From Opitutales bacterium (lineage in GTDB: Bacteria; Verrucomicrobiota; Verrucomicrobiia; Opitutales; PNEW01): 32,000 bases of DNA. A program made the position numbers and the translations under genes. The DNA lies in the NCBI GenBank assembly GCA_965219535.1, contig CBDCNV010000002.1, positions 1,830,001 through 1,862,000 on the forward strand. The letters run 5' to 3'. Below are positions 26,881 through 32,000 of the stretch, one piece after another. Position 1 is the stretch's first letter, and the number at the start of each line of letters is the position of its first letter. The notes under the pieces are model-generated. The model was given only the letters and a program-made list of their open reading frames with translations. It was not told the DNA's origin and ran no database searches.

Positions 26881-26969
26881 TTTGAGAAAAATAAATTCAA
26901 CGTTCGCTGTCAGCTGAATTTAGTGTTGCTCTTGAAAGTTTCGCATTCATCCTTAACATAGTTGAAAGG

Positions 26970-28940
26970 ATGTTTTTTAAAGCAATGAGAGTTATAAAAC
27001 TAATACCGCTCTCCCTATATTTAGTTATCATTTTACCCCTTATTGCTGAGCCTGAAGATCTAGAAATATTCATTGATTTCGAAAATATAGACAATACAGG
27101 CGATTTTAGCATTGGAGAGCCAACGAGAAGTGTCCATTTTTTCGGTTTTAAAGTGGAATCGGATGAGGGGGCCAACTTTGCCCGTACGGGGTCGAAGGCA
27201 TTGATTTTGGAGGAGGGCGAGGAAGGCAAAATCGTATTTGATCGGGGGATTAATCTAATTCAGTTCTATGCCGCTGAGACTACGCGTGCAGGACGAATTG
27301 AACTAAGGGATAAAAATGCATTTCTTTTGCATCCCAATGGTTTAGTAGAGCAATTACCCAAAAGCATTAGTTTAGATGCCAATCCACCCTTACAGAGTTT
27401 CGTCGCTTTTAGTGGTGATATCCAGGATATCGACGATCTTAACTATACCAACGGGATCAAAGAAATTAAGATCAAAAATGTGACTGGGCGATTTATTCTC
27501 GATGATCTCGGTTATTCTCATGTTATAGGCCCTCCCGACAATGTTGTGTACGAAGATTTTGAAAGATTAACGGATAATCCAACTTTTCGGAATCAAGAAG
27601 TATTTTCGCTTGGCCAATCTCCTGTTAGCGCGTCCTTTACGGGTGGCATTGCAAAAAATGTTCTCGACCGGCAGTCTGTTTTGGCGACCCCTTTTAATCA
27701 CACCTATCCCGTTGAGTTAAATTACTTAGCTCAAGCCGCTTGGGTGATTCCCAATGATACGACAGGAACCATTATATTCGAAACACCAGCGGCTCAAGTA
27801 CAGTTTTACGCCGCACTATTTATTCTTGGAGATGGAATAATAAGGGTGTTCGATTCAAATGATAATCTCCTTGTTACGAGAACAGATATACCTCGCGGTA
27901 TATCAATTGAATCTGATATTCCCTTTACTTTTATTGATCTGAATGCCGAGGAGTTAGGTGCAGCCAGTGGTATTGGACGAATTACCTATACTAACGGTCC
28001 TGAACATAGCCTCGCGACGGGATTTGATTCAATAACCATAGACGATATTGGGTTCACCCCCATTTCTCAACCTTTCCTTGGTCGCCAATCGATTTTGGTC
28101 CCTGATGATCTGATTGTCGAAGGGTCGGGAGTAATTGTCGGGACAAATATTTCACACCCGAACGGAAATATTTTTGATCAAGTATTGATCACCGGGGAAA
28201 GTGTGAAAGTCCGCGCAGACACAGATCAAATATCGAGAGTATCATTTTTAGATGTGAACGATGATATTGTGCAAGTGGAGTTTTTCGGGAGTGGACTGAT
28301 GACTGTGATCATGGATCCTGATACATTTACTCCACCAGCATTTCCTGTAAAATATAATCAAGAGATTGCGTATGTTAAAGGACGACCGCGCATTCAAATT
28401 GAAGGTGCAGACGCAAGTACTTTTATCAGTATATTCACGGTGGGAGAAATAAATGCCGTAAATCAAAATTTATTTCCTCCGGGGGTTGTATATGACGCAG
28501 TGGCAGATGTTTCTTTGCTCGAAGTTGTGAACTCATTAGGCATGGGCGGTATACTATGTGCCAATACACGGTTTTCCGCTTCAACAGGGAAAGTGGGGAT
28601 TGACGCCCGTAACGTCCCTATAGCTGTGCGCTTAACCGTAGGTGATATAGATGCAGTAGAAAACGCTTCCCCTTACCTTATGATAGGTGAGGGATCCTTT
28701 ACGGTTAATGCACCTAATCCTGGTTTAAGATTAACCGGTGGTAATCTCCGACAAAGCAACGGAGCATCAGTAATTGTTGCACCGGGAAGTTCATCTAAGC
28801 CAGGGTTTGACACATTAATTTCACAGAACAATTTTAAATCTGATAATACTTCTCAACCCACTCAAAGTATCAGTACCGGTTTTATTAATGAAGAGGGCGC
28901 GGATATTTTTTTAATCGTATTAGAAACCACCGTCAATTAA
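26970..28940 (+). CDS. Secreted hypothetical protein with two tandem ~160-aa homologous N-terminal modules and a ~290-aa C-terminal region
   Basis: 656-aa ORF with the signal-like N-terminus MRVIKLIPLSLYLVIILPLIAEP. The internal duplication is visible in the translation (see findings). I recognise no family. Confidence 0.75.
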   Translation: MFFKAMRVIKLIPLSLYLVIILPLIAEPEDLEIFIDFENIDNTGDFSIGEPTRSVHFFGFKVESDEGANFARTGSKALILEEGEEGKIVFDRGINLIQFYAAETTRAGRIELRDKNAFLLHPNGLVEQLPKSISLDANPPLQSFVAFSGDIQDIDDLNYTNGIKEIKIKNVTGRFILDDLGYSHVIGPPDNVVYEDFERLTDNPTFRNQEVFSLGQSPVSASFTGGIAKNVLDRQSVLATPFNHTYPVELNYLAQAAWVIPNDTTGTIIFETPAAQVQFYAALFILGDGIIRVFDSNDNLLVTRTDIPRGISIESDIPFTFIDLNAEELGAASGIGRITYTNGPEHSLATGFDSITIDDIGFTPISQPFLGRQSILVPDDLIVEGSGVIVGTNISHPNGNIFDQVLITGESVKVRADTDQISRVSFLDVNDDIVQVEFFGSGLMTVIMDPDTFTPPAFPVKYNQEIAYVKGRPRIQIEGADASTFISIFTVGEINAVNQNLFPPGVVYDAVADVSLLEVVNSLGMGGILCANTRFSASTGKVGIDARNVPIAVRLTVGDIDAVENASPYLMIGEGSFTVNAPNPGLRLTGGNLRQSNGASVIVAPGSSSKPGFDTLISQNNFKSDNTSQPTQSISTGFINEEGADIFLIVLETTVN

Positions 28941-29076
28941 GCGATAGAGTGATGCGTGCCCACATGCATCAAATAGTAAAGATTTGAATTTATTCTAGAC
29001 CAGATAATATCTGAATCGGGAAAGGGGTATAATCAGCGAGGTGGGGGTGAATGAAACTGAAAGTGTCGAACTTACT

Positions 29077-29985
29077 TTATATGGATCTATAATAAGCTCT
29101 TCCAGTATCTGAGTCATAGCCTCCCGCATTACCTTTTTCATTTTCACTCGATTTAGTTTCAAAAACATACCCGACATTAATAATCGTCTTAGTTAAAGAA
29201 TTCCACAATTCGTATTGTTCTTCTTCGGTCATGTTTTCTAAACCCTCGATCGGGACGTTAGCGTAAAAACGATATCTGGGAATATTAACTGGGTCACCCT
29301 CGATTTTTTTGACATCCAATCTCATTGCTGTCGACCACTTTAAAAAACCGTCCTCACTTATCGAAAATTCGTATACATCGGCTTGGCGATCTTTATAGTA
29401 AGATACGTTTTTTGCAGTTTCAGGTAGCCATTTTACTGTTGGAACGTTTTCGGCAAATTCAAACCGGTTATAGTAATATACATGATATACAATATTTCCC
29501 GCGATAATTAAAATTATAACTGCCGCAAGAAGTACCCAATCGTATCTCGTGCTTTGTACCGTTTGCACCGTATTGCGTAGTTTGTCGGAAACAGTAGCTT
29601 GTGCTTTCGGAGTGGGTGCTTTTCTCGCTTCCAGTTTAAAGGCATGAAAGCCCTCTTCTGATTCAGTTGAGTCCTCCGCTATTTCTTCTTCTACTTTATC
29701 TATCGGTAGGCGTTCAACAAACCCATTGTTATTCACGGCGCTTTCAGCGTCATATATATTAAAATAATATCCAATTATTTCACTCGCCCCACCTTCATTT
29801 GTTTTATGAGCGGCATACATCATTACAGTGCTGAATGTCTCACCTGCTGGAACTTCATACGGCTCAATTCTGGAATCGGCCATATTCGTATCGCTTATGT
29901 ATGCTTCAGCTTTTTTCCTGCTGCTGTATACGGCTGTAGCTAGTTCGGATCCATTTGAGCGGGTAACTATAATATAGAATGTCAT
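29077..29985 (-). CDS. Hypothetical bitopic membrane protein (302 aa)
   Basis: It has a long ORF with normal composition. A ~105-aa N-terminal domain is followed by an acidic/basic linker. Then come one TM helix (WVLLAAVIILIIAGNIVYHVY) and a ~125-aa C-terminal domain. I recognise no family. Confidence 0.7.
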   Translation of the reverse strand: MTFYIIVTRSNGSELATAVYSSRKKAEAYISDTNMADSRIEPYEVPAGETFSTVMMYAAHKTNEGGASEIIGYYFNIYDAESAVNNNGFVERLPIDKVEEEIAEDSTESEEGFHAFKLEARKAPTPKAQATVSDKLRNTVQTVQSTRYDWVLLAAVIILIIAGNIVYHVYYYNRFEFAENVPTVKWLPETAKNVSYYKDRQADVYEFSISEDGFLKWSTAMRLDVKKIEGDPVNIPRYRFYANVPIEGLENMTEEEQYELWNSLTKTIINVGYVFETKSSENEKGNAGGYDSDTGRAYYRSI

Positions 29986-30187
29986 ATTACTTATCTAATA
30001 ATAACTTCCTATAGACATTAATAAAAGAAAATCCTAAATGCTTCAAGAATTGATTATCATTTCTAGTCTTTCGATCGATTCGGAGCGCGGGAATGGGGTG
30101 AAAATTCATAGTTAAACATTTCCCACTCTGTTCACTGCTAATGTCTTTTAAGATTAATGGATATTGTTTGCCAAGTGATCATTAAAT

Positions 30188-30273
30188 TGGTGGTGGGAAC
30201 AGGATTCGAACCTGTGAAGCGAAACCGCAGCAGATTTACAGTCTGCCCCCTTTGGCCGCTTGGGTATCCCACC
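30188..30273 (-). tRNA. tRNA-Tyr (anticodon GTA), long variable arm, CCA encoded
   Basis: The reverse complement folds as a cloverleaf. The acceptor pairs GGTGGGA with TCCCACC, and the anticodon stem pairs GCAGA with TCTGC around the loop CTGTAAA. The T-arm is ACAGG-TTCGAAT-CCTGT. Confidence 0.95.
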
Positions 30274-30485
30274 ATCAATAAATAAAAATTTGAAAATTGC
30301 CTGTCCGAGGCAGAAATGCCAAGATTAATTTTGAATTATTTAATTGTGATAAGCTTTAATGATCAAAGCTATAGTGGAATACACAATATATAAATTTAAC
30401 TCGCTTTATAGGTGAGATTAAGGCAACTTTCAAATCATTCTGATCATAATCTGAGCTCCTTATAACAGCTTCATTAGATCTAGTG

Positions 30486-30562
30486 GCCGGCTTAGCTCAG
30501 TTCGGTAGAGCATCCGCCTTGTAAGCGGACGGTCGCCAGTTCGAATCTGGCAGCCGGCTCCA
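30486..30562 (+). tRNA. tRNA-Thr (anticodon TGT), CCA encoded
   Basis: The acceptor pairs GCCGGCT with AGCCGGC, and the D-arm is GCTC..GAGC. The anticodon stem pairs TCCGC with GCGGA around the loop CTTGTAA. The T-arm is GCCAG-TTCGAAT-CTGGC. Confidence 0.95.
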
Positions 30563-30648
30563 TTTTCAATTAACCCGATTACGGTTGCCCGAAAAAGAAT
30601 GTTGAATATTATAAACACTGGATTTTATGGGAGCTCTTTATCGCTTTA

Positions 30649-30722
30649 TGCCTGGTGGTGTAATGGTAGCACGACAGACTCTGACTCTGTTTGTCTAGGT
30701 TCGAATCCTAGCCGGGCATCCA
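30649..30722 (+). tRNA. tRNA-Gln (anticodon CTG), CCA encoded
   Basis: The acceptor pairs TGCCTGG with CCGGGCA (one G-U pair). The anticodon stem pairs ACAGA with TCTGT around the loop CTCTGAC. The T-arm is CTAGG-TTCGAAT-CCTAG. Confidence 0.93.
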
Positions 30723-31000
30723 TGTTGAATACCAATAACTTACATATTTTTTAGTGGTGAGTTACAATTAAGCTTACAATAGTAACGTCGATAACGGGAA
30801 ATATTTTCTTTCTCTTAATGACATCTTTAGAAAATATATTCTTACGCCAAAATCTGATTTAAATTACAACATTTAAAGTTAAAAATAGGTTTGTTTAATG
30901 GTGAAGGTTTTCAATATCTATGGCTGTAAAACAAAGAATATGACAGAACTTTAAAAGGACTTTAATTTCAGTTTCTGTAAATTGTAAGAGTCGAGATGGA

Positions 31001-31035
31001 TTGAAAATTTGAGAATGATATACATTGCTAGCCAA
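31001..31035. repeat. Left arm of an imperfect ~35-bp inverted repeat pair
   Basis: TTGAAAATTTGAGAATGATATACATTGCTAGCCAA matches the reverse complement of 31343-31378. The inner 23 nt show one mismatch; the outer part has 2 mismatches and a 1-nt indel. Confidence 0.7.
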
Positions 31036-31342
31036 TTTTACCTCTTTTCTTATTCTTTTTAATTTTTTGTCTTCTGAATTGCCCGCTACCTAAAATCAAA
31101 AGAAAAAAGACGATGAACCACAATCTAAAGACAATGCAGAATCCGAATCGGGATTTGGAGAAGTTACTTTAAAGGCGCGAGTACGGTCTTTTGAAGATGG
31201 CGACAAAGAAAGGTACCATTAATATTGCCTGGGAAGAAGACAGAGAGCGTAATTCACGCATAACACGGTTGATAACTTTAAAACACAATCCCCCCAATAA
31301 CTTTTTAAATTACTTTTTTATTTTGTCTAACTTCATAAAGCT

Positions 31343-31378
31343 TTGGCTAGCATTGTATATCATTCCCAAAATATTCAA
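31343..31378. repeat. Right arm of the inverted repeat pair
   Basis: TTGGCTAGCATTGTATATCATTCCCAAAATATTCAA lies 307 bp from the left arm. It abuts the start of the transposase-like remnant. Confidence 0.7.
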
Positions 31379-31380
31379 CA

Positions 31381-31708
31381 CGCTGGAACGGTTATGCTAT
31401 GAGGCTGAAGAACAACAGATTTTACAAAAACAGATCGCCCCTTTACTCACTCACCAAGTGGAGCGGCCCTCGCGAGCACCCCAAGAAGGCAGTGTAATTT
31501 TACTACCATTGTGGCATCAAAGAGTAGTGGATCAAAGGAGGGCAAAGATGCCATTCACTGGACCCGATTGTCCTGCCATGACTTTCAGCACAACGCCGTT
31601 TGGCTTGATCCCTTCGTCTTAGCCTACAAGCTGGGTAACTTCATGCGCCGGAAACAGAGGCAAAGATCTTTCCCTGGTTTTACCGAGCAAAGGGAAGATC
31701 AGCAATAA
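31381..31708 (+). pseudogene. Decayed C-terminal fragment of a DDE transposase (IS1380-like / 'transposase DDE group 1' type)
   Basis: Joining two frames gives ...LTKWSGPREHPKKAV*FYYHCGIKE*WIK[+1 nt at ~31537]EGKDAIHWTRLSCHDFQHNAVWLDPFVLAYKLGNFMRR. This matches the conserved ..VV.FY..RG.AE.WIKEGK.A..WTRLSC..F..N.VRL.L..LAYNLGNF.RR C-terminus I recall for that transposase type. It has two in-frame stops (31495-31497 and 31525-31527) and one frameshift, and no N-terminal part. The left boundary is approximate. Confidence 0.6.
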
Positions 31709-31845
31709 TCGTTAAATACTGCCGATTTGATCATCAAATAGCGAAGAACAAGATTGCCAAATCACAATGAAATTAGAACATCACATCGACATATAAAAAA
31801 AATGCTATTTTTTGATGATTGTGAATGTCATATGGAATATCTCAG

Positions 31846-32000
31846 ATGAAACAAGCTATTCAAGATATATTCGAACTCGCTGACATCAAAATCAACGGAG
31901 ATCGGCCATGGGATATTCAAGTCCATGATCAGAGGCTATATAAAAGAATTTTGAAAAGAGGTTCTCTTGCATTGGGAGAAGCCTATATGGATGGGTGGTG
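31846..32000 (+). CDS. cfa: Cyclopropane-fatty-acyl-phospholipid synthase, 5' end (runs off the window)
   Basis: My own translation gives MKQAIQDIFELADIKINGDRPWDIQVHDQRLYKRILKRGSLALGEAYMDGWW. GSL.LGE.YMDGWW is the conserved N-terminal Cfa motif. Confidence 0.8.
   Translation, partial: MKQAIQDIFELADIKINGDRPWDIQVHDQRLYKRILKRGSLALGEAYMDGW

Noticed and set aside
26897-27229. 110-aa minus-strand ORF
   Set aside because: It overlaps the 5' end of the 656-aa secreted-protein gene in antisense and is Ser/Lys-rich with low complexity.
28951-28970. Hairpin GATGCGTG-CCCA-CATGCATC between the convergent orphan genes
   Set aside because: The 8-bp stem has one G-U pair and no U-tract on either strand, so I cannot call it an intrinsic terminator.
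30723-31000. Search for att-type direct repeats of the tRNA-Gln or tRNA-Tyr 3' ends that would delimit an integrated island
   Set aside because: I found no partial tRNA copy by eye anywhere in 25.9-31.8 kb and there is no integrase gene, so I make no island call.
31190-31290. Possible additional transposase-derived coding remnant (KKGTINIAWEEDRERNSRITRLITLKH)
   Set aside because: Its resemblance to the ..VEW..GE...R.GFIVTNL block is too loose, and that block is already accounted for at about 31381-31460.
31191-31622. 143-aa ORF as a genuine gene
   Set aside because: Its C-terminal part is an out-of-frame read of the transposase remnant. Its N-terminal part crosses the right arm of the inverted repeat and AT-rich DNA. 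It is better explained as a chance ORF over decayed mobile DNA.
1-32000. CRISPR arrays, rRNA genes, riboswitch-like leaders and toxin-antitoxin pairs
   Set aside because: I saw no regularly spaced direct repeats, no rRNA-like conserved blocks and no paired small ORFs in the intergenic regions. Absence is judged by eye only.

Overview
This is a gene-dense 32-kb chromosomal window, about 40% GC by eye. I count about 31 protein genes, 3 tRNAs, one intact small IS and one decayed transposase remnant. I saw no rRNA and no CRISPR array. All family calls come from motif recognition by eye; no searches were run. A 52-aa Lys/Arg-rich 'small basic protein' and the general gene style suggest a PVC-group (Verrucomicrobiota-like) bacterium, which is inference only. 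Layout: (i) 0.4-4.4 kb holds a signalling pair, a hybrid histidine kinase with two receivers followed by a receiver-adenylate cyclase. (ii) 4.5-14.1 kb holds ordinary housekeeping genes: trpA, miaA, a PpiD-like chaperone, panB-gpsA, an MFS transporter, coaD, pgsA-pgpA and aroQ. (iii) 14.4-18.4 kb holds a carbamoyltransferase, an unlisted 52-aa membrane ORF and an SxtJ-like membrane protein, converging on a membrane-anchored SGNH enzyme. This three-gene set has no assigned function outside saxitoxin clusters and is my best candidate for an undescribed system. (iv) 18.5-20.4 kb holds a secreted papain-like peptidase and a HAD hydrolase. (v) 20.4-23.1 kb holds a tightly coupled methyltransferase-flavoprotein-type III PKS operon (srsABC-like, phenolic-lipid type). 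(vi) 23.2-32 kb is an accessory-looking stretch. It contains the small basic protein with a clean terminator, a Na+/solute symporter, and a 735-bp IS1595-family element with 15-bp IRs and an 8-bp target duplication. It also contains a creatininase-family gene, two orphan secreted/membrane proteins, tRNA-Tyr/Thr/Gln, about 1.1 kb of decayed mobile DNA, and the 5' end of cfa.
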